Assembly (NCBI GenBank): GCA_022842865.1
Contig: JALHOV010000004.1
Coordinates: 1-40,731, forward strand
Source of the DNA: Vulcanimicrobiota bacterium
GTDB taxonomy: Bacteria; Vulcanimicrobiota; Xenobia; Xenobiales; JADMJV01
DNA: 40,731 nt
Reading direction: 5' to 3'
This document shows, piece by piece, positions 7,467 to 16,448 of this stretch (positions are counted from its first letter, which is position 1; every line of letters begins with the position of its first letter). The notes below the pieces were generated by a model. It did not search any database, had not been told where the DNA came from, and worked only from the letters and a program-made list of their open reading frames with translations. The position numbers and the translations under genes were made by a program.

Positions 7467-8240
7467 ATGTCCTGCGAAACCTCCGACATGACCTTACGCG
7501 CCCCACAACCAGGCAAGCGCCCGCTTCGCGATAGTGACATCCTCCCATATGACGATGGAGTCCCCATGGAAACGACCCAGCATCGGATTCAGATGAATCT
7601 TCTCATTGAAACCCTGCAGACTTATCTGCGCAAACGGGAGATTAACGCCTACGTGGCCGGCAATAACTTTCTCTACTATCAGAAAGGAAAACCGCCCAAG
7701 TTTTGCGGTCCCGACTTTTATGTGGTGCTGGGTCGCCAGGAAACAGACCAGAAATCCTATGTGGTCTGGGAGGAAGACAACCGCTTTCCGGACGTGATTG
7801 TGGAACTCTTGTCGGCCACCACCGAGGCGACCGACCGGGGAGCTAAATTCATTCGCTATCGCGACCTGTTTCGCACCCCGGAGTACTACCTCTATGACCC
7901 CATCAGTCAGGTTTTCGAAGGCTACCGGCTCACAGAGGGACAGTATGTGGCCATTGCGCCCTCACGGAAATCACTGGCTTGTAAATCCCTGGGGCTGAGT
8001 CTGGCGGTGCGGGGCAAATGGCTACGCTGGCTAGACTCGGATGGAGTCGTATTGCTAACCGGAGAGGAACTAGCCGAGCAGGAGCGCGAGCGAGCCGAGC
8101 AGGAGCGGGAGCGAGCCGAGCAGGAGCGCGAGCGAGCCGAGCAGGAGCGCGGGCGAGCCGAGTATGAGCGCGGGCGAGCCGAGCGGCTAGAAGCCGAGTT
8201 GGCCAGACTGCGTGCTCTTCTGCCCCCGGAACTCGCCTGA
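7467..8240 (+). CDS. Uma2-family (DUF820) restriction-endonuclease-like protein with a C-terminal charged heptad-repeat tail
   Basis: Shows a typical Uma2-like pattern: PYDDGVPMETTQH, GPDFYVV, PDVIVELLS, then YRDLFRTPEYYLYDP. The start is uncertain (ATG 7467 or ATG 7488). Confidence 0.75.
   Translation: MSCETSDMTLRAPQPGKRPLRDSDILPYDDGVPMETTQHRIQMNLLIETLQTYLRKREINAYVAGNNFLYYQKGKPPKFCGPDFYVVLGRQETDQKSYVVWEEDNRFPDVIVELLSATTEATDRGAKFIRYRDLFRTPEYYLYDPISQVFEGYRLTEGQYVAIAPSRKSLACKSLGLSLAVRGKWLRWLDSDGVVLLTGEELAEQERERAEQERERAEQERERAEQERGRAEYERGRAERLEAELARLRALLPPELA
8073..8186. repeat. Tandem 21-bp in-frame repeat, about 5.4 copies, encoding AEQERER heptads
   Basis: GCCGAGCAGGAGCGCGAGCGA repeats at 8073, 8094, 8115, 8136 and 8157 with 0-4 substitutions each, plus a partial copy from 8178. 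Confidence 0.9.
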
Positions 8241-8322
8241 AGTTTTTTTAGCAAGACCGCAACCCGAGACCGTTCTATCGGTTCTATGCACCATCTGACG
8301 GGTTGAGCAAAGAGGAGGTTTT

Positions 8323-9237
8323 ATGAAAAATTCGAGCACTGTGGCCGGAGCGTTAATGCTTGCCGGGGTCCTGCTTCTGTCTCCGGTGGCTGAGGCACAG
8401 GGCCGGGGGGGCACCCGGCAGGGAACTTCCACCGGCACTCGAGGAAACAGGAGCTACCAGGGCACTCGCACCGGCACCGGAGGCCAGACTTCCACCGTCA
8501 ACCGAACCAATCAGGTGAATCGGACCGGGGAGAACACCTGGCACCGCGACACCAACCAGACGGTCACTCAACCCAACGGAAAGACGCGCTCCTGGCAGGC
8601 CAGCGGCGATGGCAGCGTCAACAAGACCGAAAATGGAGCCAATCGCCAGTACAACGGCACCATCACCAACGACAAAGGGCAGTCGGCCACGGTCAATAAG
8701 TCGGCGGACGTGACCCGGAGCGGCGATGGAACAGTCACCCGCGACAAACAATCCACCATCACCGGCCCGAACGGACAGACGACCACCAGGGAGAGCACGC
8801 ACACCGCCACCAAGAATGAGGATGGCAGTGTCACCCGCACCATCGACTCCACTTCAACAGGTCCCAATGGCCAGAGTGTCAACCGTGACGGAACCAGCAC
8901 GACGGTAAAGAATGAGGACGGCACCTATACCACCGATCGGCAATCCACGGTGACCAATGGACAGGGGGACGTCATGGGAACCGGCCAATCGACCACCACG
9001 CGAACCCCGGGCCAGGGCACCCAGACCAGCGGAAACTATACCAATTCGCAAGGCAACACCTGGCAATACGAGGGCTCTACCACTCACCCCGAGCCCGGAA
9101 CGACCCAATATTCGGGAAGTGTAACCAATCCCAACGGAGCCACTGGCACCCGCACTAGCAACGCCCGTTGGCAGTATATCGACGGCAAATGGGTCAAGAC
9201 CGTAGAGGGTTCAGCGACAAGCACCTCCGCCCCCTGA
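8323..9237 (+). CDS. Secreted low-complexity Thr/Gly/Asn/Gln-rich protein, paralog B of 251..1066
   Basis: AGAGGAGG lies upstream of the ATG. Signal-like N-terminus ending in the probable cleavage motif AEA-QG. Same architecture and conserved C-terminal NARWQYIDGKWVK as 251..1066. Confidence 0.75.
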   Translation: MKNSSTVAGALMLAGVLLLSPVAEAQGRGGTRQGTSTGTRGNRSYQGTRTGTGGQTSTVNRTNQVNRTGENTWHRDTNQTVTQPNGKTRSWQASGDGSVNKTENGANRQYNGTITNDKGQSATVNKSADVTRSGDGTVTRDKQSTITGPNGQTTTRESTHTATKNEDGSVTRTIDSTSTGPNGQSVNRDGTSTTVKNEDGTYTTDRQSTVTNGQGDVMGTGQSTTTRTPGQGTQTSGNYTNSQGNTWQYEGSTTHPEPGTTQYSGSVTNPNGATGTRTSNARWQYIDGKWVKTVEGSATSTSAP

Positions 9238-9289
9238 GAGGCCTGAAACCAAGGTAGGGATGGTGGGTTTCGTGAGCGTATAGAAGCCC

Positions 9290-9688
9290 ATGCGAAAACT
9301 CTTTACTCTGGCCTTACTTCTGGGCTGGTTGGCTCCGTGCGTCGGCGCCGACCCCACCGACAAACAAGTTCTGGAACTCCACCAGCGTTGGAATTCTGCC
9401 CTGGCGGGCGCCAACGACTTCAATGCGCTGGCACCTCTCATGTCCACCAGCTCCCTTGAGGAAATTTCTGGCTTGGATGTGAAGCAACAACAGGCTACCT
9501 TTGGCATGCTCAAGATGGCTGCGATGATGGGTGGAGCCAGGCAATGGAAAGTCGAGGGCCATCAAAAGGTCAAGAACTTCTTCGTTTACAAACTCGTACA
9601 TCAAGAACAGAACAGCCGGGGGTCCACCGAGTTTCCGGTAGCCGAGGAAGCGGGAGTGCTCAAAGTCGACTTTCGCCGCAAGAAATGA
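9290..9688 (+). CDS. Small secreted protein, function unknown
   Basis: 132-aa ORF with an N-terminal signal peptide (LFTLALLLGWLAPCVGA). No overlapping competing gene. Confidence 0.55.
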   Translation: MRKLFTLALLLGWLAPCVGADPTDKQVLELHQRWNSALAGANDFNALAPLMSTSSLEEISGLDVKQQQATFGMLKMAAMMGGARQWKVEGHQKVKNFFVYKLVHQEQNSRGSTEFPVAEEAGVLKVDFRRKK

Positions 9689-9703
9689 CCTCCCTCAGCG
9701 TCA

Positions 9704-10123
9704 TTACGGCTTCGGTTGGGCCGCTCGAACCTTGGCCTGGATCGTTTTCCATTTCTCGCGCTGATCCGCGGTCATCGTGCCGGTAATCTTTCGCGAGATC
9801 TCCAGGTCCTTGAGTCGCATCGTAACGGTTGCATCTGCGATCTCCTCCAGCTTGGTTTTGGCCTGGGCGGTGGTGGTGCTTTCTTTGGCGATCAGCGCCC
9901 GGTAGTCATTCTCCAACTTGGTCAATAACTCACGGCTGGTTTTGACGGAATTGTTCAGTTCGGTTAATTGGGCTTTCATGTTGTTAATCTGCTCATCGCT
10001 CAGGCTAAGCTCTTGCTTGTAATCAAAAATCGTCTTCACCTTGGGCGATTCTTTGGTTGGCTCGGCCCAGGCGGGCATGCACACAGCGGCCAGCAGGCTG
10101 GCCGCGACAAGAAACTTCTTCAC
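9704..10123 (-). CDS. Periplasmic helical protein, Spy/CpxP-like (LTxxQ-type motifs)
   Basis: I chose the GTG at 10123, preceded by AAGGAG, over the ORF-track start at 10435. Signal peptide KKFLVAASLLAAVCMPAWA. Motifs LSLSDEQ and MTADQ sit in a helical, charged protein. Confidence 0.5.
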   Translation of the reverse strand: MKKFLVAASLLAAVCMPAWAEPTKESPKVKTIFDYKQELSLSDEQINNMKAQLTELNNSVKTSRELLTKLENDYRALIAKESTTTAQAKTKLEEIADATVTMRLKDLEISRKITGTMTADQREKWKTIQAKVRAAQPKP

Positions 10124-10307
10124 TTGCTTTTGCTCCTTTTGACTGTTTGGATTTGCCTGTCCAAAATCTTTGTTCGCACCGGAACTTCGGGAAAAAGCCG
10201 GCGCAGATCCTTGTCCGAATAGAACCGAGGCAGCAGGCTTTGAGCGAGCGAGTGGGAAACTAGTCGGTGGACGGGGAGTCCTAAAGGCTTTGGGGAGGGT
10301 TGACCAC

Positions 10308-12239
10308 TTGCGGCTGCACCATATCCGGCGCCGAGGCCTCAGCTTGTTGGAGATCGTCGTATCGATGGGGCTGGTCGTGCTCTTCGTGGCGATGTCCGTT
10401 ATGAACCCTGCGCCGGCACGCGAGCGGGCCGGCACGGATGCGCTCGCACAGGTGGTGGCCGCGGAACTGCTGCGCTGTCGCCAGATCGCCCTGGCCCGTC
10501 ACATCCCCGTGGCACTCGGCTTCCCCAGTCAGGGCGCCACCACTCCCATCACCCAGCAAGCCTACCGACTGGAGGGCTTCGAGCCCCTTCTCACTCAGGT
10601 GGTCGACTTTGCGCCCGAAACCCCCAACAGCTACGTAGTCTCAGGTCACTATCCGCTCGTGGGAGGCTTTACATGGAAGCCAGCCGGAGTCGCCTTAGGT
10701 CAAAGCCTGGCCGGATTTGACCTGGCGACCTGGCCGGACCCCTACCCCAGTGACCCCAAGCTGGTCTTCACTCCGGCCGGAACGGTGGTCTCCAACCTGC
10801 CCAAACTTCAGGGGAATTACCAGTTGCAGGTCGGGGCCGGAGTAAGCAGCGCGCCCAGTCCCCTCTTCGGCCAACCGCTGCATCAACTGAACCAGGTTCA
10901 GTTGCCTCACACCGTAAAGATTTCCGCCTTGGGAAGCGTGTCCGTCGAGGCCGGTCTCCCCCAGGCTCAGCCGGGCGTGCAGGTGACCCAACCCATTGGC
11001 ATCAGCGCCGCGCCCGCCAGCGGACCTGCCGCGCCCCAGCCGGGGCCGCCTCCCGGGGACGTGGCGCCGGAGGTTTTCGACTATCGTGTTTCCCCGCCGC
11101 CCCTGGCCGCCACCCTGCCGCCCGGCATCAACGCCACGGTGCCCCAGGGTAGCAGTCTGGGTATGACCATGATCGCGCGGGAGCCTAACGGGGAAGCCAT
11201 CACCGGCAAGTTCTGGATCACCCGGGTCCCTCAGAACACGGGCGTTTTTTCGCAGCAAAGGGTGATGACCTTCGACCCCCGGCTGGGAGGCCAGGTCCTG
11301 CACGTCGAATTTGTGCCTCCCCCTGAGGATGCGGTGGGCCAAATCTATGATGTTCAGTGCAAAGCTTTTGATCCGCAGGGGAATTTTGCTACTTTTTTGA
11401 TCCCCGGCGGTGGCAAAGTGGCTCTCACCGAGCCCAACCGGGTCCTTTTCGAGTCGAACCGGAGCGGAAATCACGAAGTCTACAGCTGCAAGTCAGACGG
11501 CAGCGGCATTGTTCAGCTGACCAGCGACCCAGCCAACGATTTCGCCCCCCGCTGGTCGCCCGACGGGCGCAAGTTTCTCTTTCATTCCAACCGAAACTTC
11601 GGCATCTTTGGGCTTTTCTCGGCCAACGCCGACGGTAGTAACGTAAAGCCCGTGGTCACGGCCGGAATTTTGGGGGGCAATAAGCCGGCCGATCACGGCG
11701 CCTGCTGGTCCCCGGACGGTACTCAGATCGCCGTCGTCAACACGGTCGGAGGATGGTGGAAGGTGAAGGCGGACGGGTCAAACCCGGTGGAGCTATTTGC
11801 CGGAACCGGCCCGAGCCGACTTGCCTGGCATCCCGGCGGGCGGTGGGTGGTTGGCATAGACGCCGACTCCATCTGGCTGGTAGATTCCACCCTGGTGGAT
11901 GCGCCCCAGAGGTTGCTGACCGACATCACCTTGTTTGCCGACTCGCAGGTGGCTTTTTCACCCGACGGCAGCAAGCTTTTATTCAATCGCAATCGCGACA
12001 TCGAGGTCGCCGACTTCGCTCCCATCGCGAATGGCCTGAGCAATTTCCTGAACCTTACCAATAGTGCCGACCTGGAGGCCCAGGCCTGCTGGTCACCCGA
12101 CGGGCTCTCGGTGCTGGTTGACGCTTACAGTCCTGACTGCACCATTTACCAGTATTTCTTAAGTGCGCCCGGCGTGCGCAAAGACTTCCTGGTGCGCCCT
12201 CTCTGTGACAACGACCCTTCTTGGGGGCGCGCGTTTTGA
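10308..12239 (+). CDS. Prepilin-type N-terminal domain protein fused to PD40/TolB-like beta-propeller repeats
   Basis: Likely TTG start at 10308, 8 nt after GGGGAGGG. Leader RRRG-LSLLEIVVSMGLVVLFV resembles a prepilin cleavage/methylation motif. C-terminal repeats of the form SNRSGNHEVY, FAPRWSPDGRKFLFHSNR, CWSPDGTQIA, AFSPDGSKLLF and CWSPDGLSV. Confidence 0.7.
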   Translation: MRLHHIRRRGLSLLEIVVSMGLVVLFVAMSVMNPAPARERAGTDALAQVVAAELLRCRQIALARHIPVALGFPSQGATTPITQQAYRLEGFEPLLTQVVDFAPETPNSYVVSGHYPLVGGFTWKPAGVALGQSLAGFDLATWPDPYPSDPKLVFTPAGTVVSNLPKLQGNYQLQVGAGVSSAPSPLFGQPLHQLNQVQLPHTVKISALGSVSVEAGLPQAQPGVQVTQPIGISAAPASGPAAPQPGPPPGDVAPEVFDYRVSPPPLAATLPPGINATVPQGSSLGMTMIAREPNGEAITGKFWITRVPQNTGVFSQQRVMTFDPRLGGQVLHVEFVPPPEDAVGQIYDVQCKAFDPQGNFATFLIPGGGKVALTEPNRVLFESNRSGNHEVYSCKSDGSGIVQLTSDPANDFAPRWSPDGRKFLFHSNRNFGIFGLFSANADGSNVKPVVTAGILGGNKPADHGACWSPDGTQIAVVNTVGGWWKVKADGSNPVELFAGTGPSRLAWHPGGRWVVGIDADSIWLVDSTLVDAPQRLLTDITLFADSQVAFSPDGSKLLFNRNRDIEVADFAPIANGLSNFLNLTNSADLEAQACWSPDGLSVLVDAYSPDCTIYQYFLSAPGVRKDFLVRPLCDNDPSWGRAF

Positions 12240-13021
12240 GGACTGCTCGGGGCTTGTCCCTGTTGGAGTGCATCATCTCCTTTTTTCTGCTGGCCTCCGG
12301 GGCCGTTGTGATGGTCAATCTCTTTGACGCTTCTATGCGCCACACGCTCTCGGTGGAGAAGCGCAACCAGGTCACTCAGATGGCCGAAAACGTGCTCGAT
12401 TCGGTCCGCGAATGGGCGGTCGACTCCAATAATTTTACCTCTAGCTGGGCCCCCTACGCCAATACCTCAGTGACCGACCCGCGCTACCCTGGGATCACGG
12501 CCAGCGTTCGCGCGGAGCCGGCGGGTCGCGATTTGTTCTCGCCGTTTGCCGACATTGCTCAGGCGCGGCGGATTTCGCAGTCGGTGGTGCCGGTTCGGGT
12601 AGAGGCAAGTTGGCAAGGTCGCCCCGATACCCGGGTTTTGCTCTTTACCTACATCGGAGAGCCGCCTCGACCCGGATTGGAAACAGGAGTCACGCCTCCG
12701 GCGCTAGCCGTTCAGCTGACCAGCGGTCTGGACCCGCTGCCCATCAACGGAACCATGGATTTTGAGGCCCGACTCACCGACAACAATGGAGAAGTCATAC
12801 CCGGGCTCATTTTTTCCTGGTCGGTTGAGCCCGATCCCGCCACCAGTGGCAACGCTCTGGTGGAGCGAATCACCTACGAGGGCGATCGGGCTCGCCTGAT
12901 CCACCAGTTCCCCGGGAACCCCGGCGTGACGCACGTGAGCGGCGCCATCAAGGTCAAGGCCCGCGTTCGCTACAGCGGCAAAGATTTTGAGGGCGAAAGC
13001 GCGGTGATTCAACTGCAATGA
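12221..13021 (+). CDS. Prepilin-type N-terminal domain protein (pseudopilin-like)
   Basis: ARG-LSLLECIISFFLLASGAVVMV motif. The start is TTG 12221 or TTG 12236; the latter overlaps the upstream TGA. The stop overlaps the next ATG (ATGA at 13018). Confidence 0.65.
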   Translation: MGARVLRTARGLSLLECIISFFLLASGAVVMVNLFDASMRHTLSVEKRNQVTQMAENVLDSVREWAVDSNNFTSSWAPYANTSVTDPRYPGITASVRAEPAGRDLFSPFADIAQARRISQSVVPVRVEASWQGRPDTRVLLFTYIGEPPRPGLETGVTPPALAVQLTSGLDPLPINGTMDFEARLTDNNGEVIPGLIFSWSVEPDPATSGNALVERITYEGDRARLIHQFPGNPGVTHVSGAIKVKARVRYSGKDFEGESAVIQLQ

Positions 13022-13566
13022 AAAGGTCCGGATTTACTCTGTTGGAGGGTCTGGTGGTCAGCTTCCTGGTTTTGCTGCTACTGGGCGTGGTCGGGGGCTT
13101 GGTTCAACGCTACCTGGCGGCCAACCGCATGCTGAAGGAAAAAGACAAGGGCCTGGATTCCCTTCAGCACGCGCTCCAGTCTCTGCGCAACGACTGTCAG
13201 GGGGCCGTCCGTTTTCTGAGCCCCCTGCCCAGCGATCCCCTGGCGGTCTCGGTGCTGGAGCTGGAACGGCCCGATCCCGGCTCGGTGCGTCTGCCCTTTC
13301 CCGTTCCCACCCCCGTTCCCGCGACCTGGGAGCCGCTGGAACCGACTCGTCTTCTGCGTATCGAGTATCGCGTCGACCTGGACCAGCGCCTGGTGCGCAC
13401 CAGCACTCTGAGCGGCAGCGACACCCAGGAACTCGCCCGCAACTGCTCCGGGTTTTCCGTGCGTCATTTCGGCGCTCGTCAGTTGGAGCTGAACTTTTCG
13501 CTAGAAGACCGAGGACGAGTGGTGGCACTCAGCAGCCGCGTTTTCCTGCCCATGGGCCGCCGATGA
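13018..13566 (+). CDS. Prepilin-type N-terminal domain protein (pseudopilin-like)
   Basis: Canonical MKRSG-FTLLEGLVVSFLVLLLLGVV leader and hydrophobic helix. ATGA overlaps at both ends. Confidence 0.75.
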   Translation: MKRSGFTLLEGLVVSFLVLLLLGVVGGLVQRYLAANRMLKEKDKGLDSLQHALQSLRNDCQGAVRFLSPLPSDPLAVSVLELERPDPGSVRLPFPVPTPVPATWEPLEPTRLLRIEYRVDLDQRLVRTSTLSGSDTQELARNCSGFSVRHFGARQLELNFSLEDRGRVVALSSRVFLPMGRR

Positions 13567-14066
13567 CAAAGCGACGCCAGGGCTTCTTATTGGTGGCATG
13601 CTTGCTCTTACTCAGCGTGATGATGGTCATGGGCTTGGGTTTGATGAGCAGCAGGGCCTCCCGCTACGAAGCCGCCGCTTTGACGGCTCAATCAGCCCGG
13701 GCCCGGGCGCTGGCCTGGGCGGGCCTGGAGGCCACACGGATCAAGCTGTGCAAAGACCTCGATTTTCCTCCGCCTCACACGGAAGGCTCACTGCCTTTTC
13801 AGTTCACCGAGCAGGTGATGGACCTGGACGGAAGCACCCGGCTGGGCAGCTACACCATCACCATCGACTCGTCCTGGAAACACATCCCGTATCAGGTGTT
13901 GCGAGTGAGCAGCCTGGGAACCCTGGGCCCGTCCGAGGGCCTGCGCAATCCGCAGGTCAAAATTGTAGCCGAGCTGGACCTCAGCCCCCGCCTGCGCAGC
14001 GACGCGAGTCTGGTCAACCCCAATTACTTTCAGTGGATTGTCTGGTCCGAAGAGGGTAGCGACTGA
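13563..14066 (+). CDS. PilX-N/GspK-like minor pseudopilin-like protein
   Basis: N-terminal RRQGFLLVACLLLLSVMMVMGLGLM followed by ...AQSARARALAWAGLEA, the pattern seen in PilX N-terminal/GspK-like proteins. Last gene of the coupled operon. Confidence 0.55.
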   Translation: MTKRRQGFLLVACLLLLSVMMVMGLGLMSSRASRYEAAALTAQSARARALAWAGLEATRIKLCKDLDFPPPHTEGSLPFQFTEQVMDLDGSTRLGSYTITIDSSWKHIPYQVLRVSSLGTLGPSEGLRNPQVKIVAELDLSPRLRSDASLVNPNYFQWIVWSEEGSD

Positions 14067-14631
14067 GCTGTTTTCCGCTGGCAGTCACATCCAGACAGGC
14101 TCGAGCAGCTCTAAGCGTAGAATAGAATGGATGGTTTTGATTACCGTTCACATTCAGAGGTGGCTGCATCCGCTCCAGGACGGCCCTTTCCACGGTCCAT
14201 GGTTCAGGATAGGCCAGCCAGGCCACCCGCAAATTCTGCTCGATCCAATGCTTCAGCTCCTGGTTGTGCTCGGAGCGGAGCAAAGCGCGGTCGCTGGCCC
14301 AGTAGGGTTGCCAACCAAGCTCCTCCCAGAGCAGCGCCGCCAGGCTGCGCCGCAAAGTGCTGTTGCCGATAAGGCCGCGAATATGCTTGCCCAATACTCG
14401 TGAGCGCAGCGTCTGGGCCGAGTTGACCCGCGAGCGGGCCATGCCCACGTAAATCAGGCTGAGACCGTCCGGGCCTGGGACCAGAGGCACCCCGGGAAGC
14501 AGGCTGGGATGGACAATCCACCAGGCATAAAGACCCGGACTCTCTGGTAATCCGTTCGTAAGCGAAGCTTCGGCCACCGTCTTCGGCGCCGACAGAATGC
14601 CGACCATCTCCGGCAACGTGAGTCTGTTCAT
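14014..14631 (-). CDS. GIY-YIG-like nuclease superfamily protein (tentative)
   Basis: Spacing of PGLYAWW (GIY-like), LIYVGMA (YIG-like), LRSRVLGKH (conserved Arg) and STLRRSLAALL. Called by eye only. Confidence 0.4.
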   Translation of the reverse strand: MNRLTLPEMVGILSAPKTVAEASLTNGLPESPGLYAWWIVHPSLLPGVPLVPGPDGLSLIYVGMARSRVNSAQTLRSRVLGKHIRGLIGNSTLRRSLAALLWEELGWQPYWASDRALLRSEHNQELKHWIEQNLRVAWLAYPEPWTVERAVLERMQPPLNVNGNQNHPFYSTLRAARACLDVTASGKQLSRYPLRTRQSTESNWG

Positions 14632-14698
14632 ATTCAGCCTTTCGCCACTTTGGTGCTCACCTCCGTTTCAGGGCAGCTAAGAAAGAATCACGCGAACG

Positions 14699-15007
14699 CT
14701 ACTTTGCCAAAAACTCAATCGAGGTGGCTTCATCGATCTTCATCTTGCCTCCAGCTTCGGGAATGTCTTTCTCGACGCTGTGCCATTGAACGCGAACTTT
14801 CTTGCCCTTGTAGGCAGTCGGCTTGGCGACCAGGGGGTCGAAGCTCTTGTGATCGCCGACAAAGAGGTTGTGCTCCTTGCCCTTGGCATCCTTGATGATC
14901 AGGTGGTAATAGTCGCCCACTTCCACCTTTTGTATCACACCGGTCAACTTCGAATCGGCAAAGGCCCACTGGGAGCAGAGAAGGAACAATACTAAAAGCT
15001 TTTTCAT
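14699..15007 (-). CDS. Small secreted protein, function unknown
   Basis: ATG at 15007 gives MKKLLVLFLLCSQWAFA as a signal peptide. The ORF-track start at 15055 adds 16 non-signal residues. Confidence 0.6.
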   Translation of the reverse strand: MKKLLVLFLLCSQWAFADSKLTGVIQKVEVGDYYHLIIKDAKGKEHNLFVGDHKSFDPLVAKPTAYKGKKVRVQWHSVEKDIPEAGGKMKIDEATSIEFLAK

Positions 15008-15078
15008 GGGTCGGCCTTCGCCGGCGGGGTAGTCAGGTCCCACCGCAAGACTCAAGGAACGTAGTTGCCCTCAGAGTA

Positions 15079-16419
15079 TCAGCCTGGAAGCCCTGCGCCA
15101 GTCGGTGACGACATTACCGTGGCTGGTGGAGACGGGTGATGCTGAACATCGTCGATCAGGCGGACGTTCCATTTCCATCCCAAGTAGGCCCAGGCCCAAC
15201 GGAACATCACCACCAGGCGGTTCTGGACGTCGACCAGGAAGGCCAGGTGGACCGCCAACCAGCCCAGCCAGGCGGTCCAACCGCTGAGCACGATGCCACC
15301 CGGCAAGACCGCCACGGCTGACTTCCTTCCAATGGTGGCCATCGAGCCTTTGTCAAAGTAACGGAAGGGTTTGGGCCTCTTGCCATCGATCAGGCGCCCG
15401 ATGTTGCGGGCTGCATGTTTTCCTTGCTGGGCGGCCACCGGAGCCACTCCAGGCAAGGGCTTTCCGTGTCGGTTCTCCAGGCTGGTCATGTCTCCCAGGC
15501 AAAAGACGCGCTCATCGTGAGGAAGGTGGAGTTCGGGAGCGATCTTCACCCGGCCGGCACGATCGAGCGGGGCCTCTAGCAGCGAGCCCAGAGGGTGACC
15601 CTGGACGCCGGCGGCCCAGATGACGTTTTCGGCGGAAAGGCTGCGACGGTTGGTGCGCACGGAATCGGTCCCGATGTCCTCAACGGTTTCGCCCAACAAG
15701 ACCTCCACACCCAACCGACCGAGTTCCGAAAGGGCTGTCGCCGAGGCTTTTTCGGGGAAGCCGCTGAGCAAGCGCGGGCCGGCCTCCAGGAGCAGAACCC
15801 TCGCATCTTCTGGCCGGATTCGCTTGAACTCCCGACTTAAGACGTGGGTCCGCAACTCGGCCAGGGCGCCGGCCATCTCCACGCCGGTCGGTCCACCTCC
15901 AATGACCGCCACCGTCATCAGCCGGCGGCGAATCTCGGGATCCTCCTCCATTTCGGCTCGCTCGAAGGCGAGCAGGACACCCTGCCGGATGTTCCGTGCG
16001 TCGTCGAGAGTTTTCAGTCCGGGAGCACGACTTTCCCACTCTGGGTGACCGAAGTACGAGGTTCGTCCGCCCACAGCCACGATCAGGTAGTCGTAGGGCA
16101 AAGTCGATCCGCTGTCGTCGATCTGAATCGTTCGCTTGCGGCGATCGATGCCGGTCATGGATCCAAGCATCACGGTGGCTCGGGGTGAGTCGCGAAAGAG
16201 AGAACGGATTGGACTGGCTATTTCCGATGGGTTAAGACCCCCGGTGGCAACCTGGTAGAGAAGAGGCTGGAAAAGGTGATGGTTACTGCGATCAAGCACG
16301 GTCAATTCGACATCGCGTCGTTTCTCCAGTTCGCGGGCCGCACTGAGCCCGGCAAATCCGGCCCCGACAACGATCACGCGCCAGGGCCGGGTCTCGGATT
16401 TCCATAAAAACTCAAGCAC
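15079..16419 (-). CDS. ndh: Type II NADH dehydrogenase (NDH-2), FAD-dependent pyridine nucleotide-disulfide oxidoreductase
   Basis: RVIVVGAGFAGLSAAREL dinucleotide fold followed by NHHLFQPLLYQVATGGL, then a second GGGPTGVEMAG fold, then GDMT. I chose the GTG at 16419, 10 nt after AAGGAG, because a promoter-like element overlaps the ORF-track start at 16452. Confidence 0.9.
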   Translation of the reverse strand: MLEFLWKSETRPWRVIVVGAGFAGLSAARELEKRRDVELTVLDRSNHHLFQPLLYQVATGGLNPSEIASPIRSLFRDSPRATVMLGSMTGIDRRKRTIQIDDSGSTLPYDYLIVAVGGRTSYFGHPEWESRAPGLKTLDDARNIRQGVLLAFERAEMEEDPEIRRRLMTVAVIGGGPTGVEMAGALAELRTHVLSREFKRIRPEDARVLLLEAGPRLLSGFPEKASATALSELGRLGVEVLLGETVEDIGTDSVRTNRRSLSAENVIWAAGVQGHPLGSLLEAPLDRAGRVKIAPELHLPHDERVFCLGDMTSLENRHGKPLPGVAPVAAQQGKHAARNIGRLIDGKRPKPFRYFDKGSMATIGRKSAVAVLPGGIVLSGWTAWLGWLAVHLAFLVDVQNRLVVMFRWAWAYLGWKWNVRLIDDVQHHPSPPATVMSSPTGAGLPG

Positions 16420-16448
16420 TCTCGCCAGGCTCCTTTTCTTGTCACCTG

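Noticed and set aside
8073-8186. The regularly spaced 21-bp repeats as a possible CRISPR array.
   Set aside because: The repeats are directly tandem with no spacers. They are in frame inside a coding sequence and encode a heptad peptide repeat.
10124-10435. The N-terminal 104 codons of ORF 9704..10435, and the first 46 codons of ORF 10170..12239.
   Set aside because: These extensions overlap each other divergently. They have no signal or prepilin logic and precede internal starts that have good RBS motifs and correct signal or prepilin leaders.
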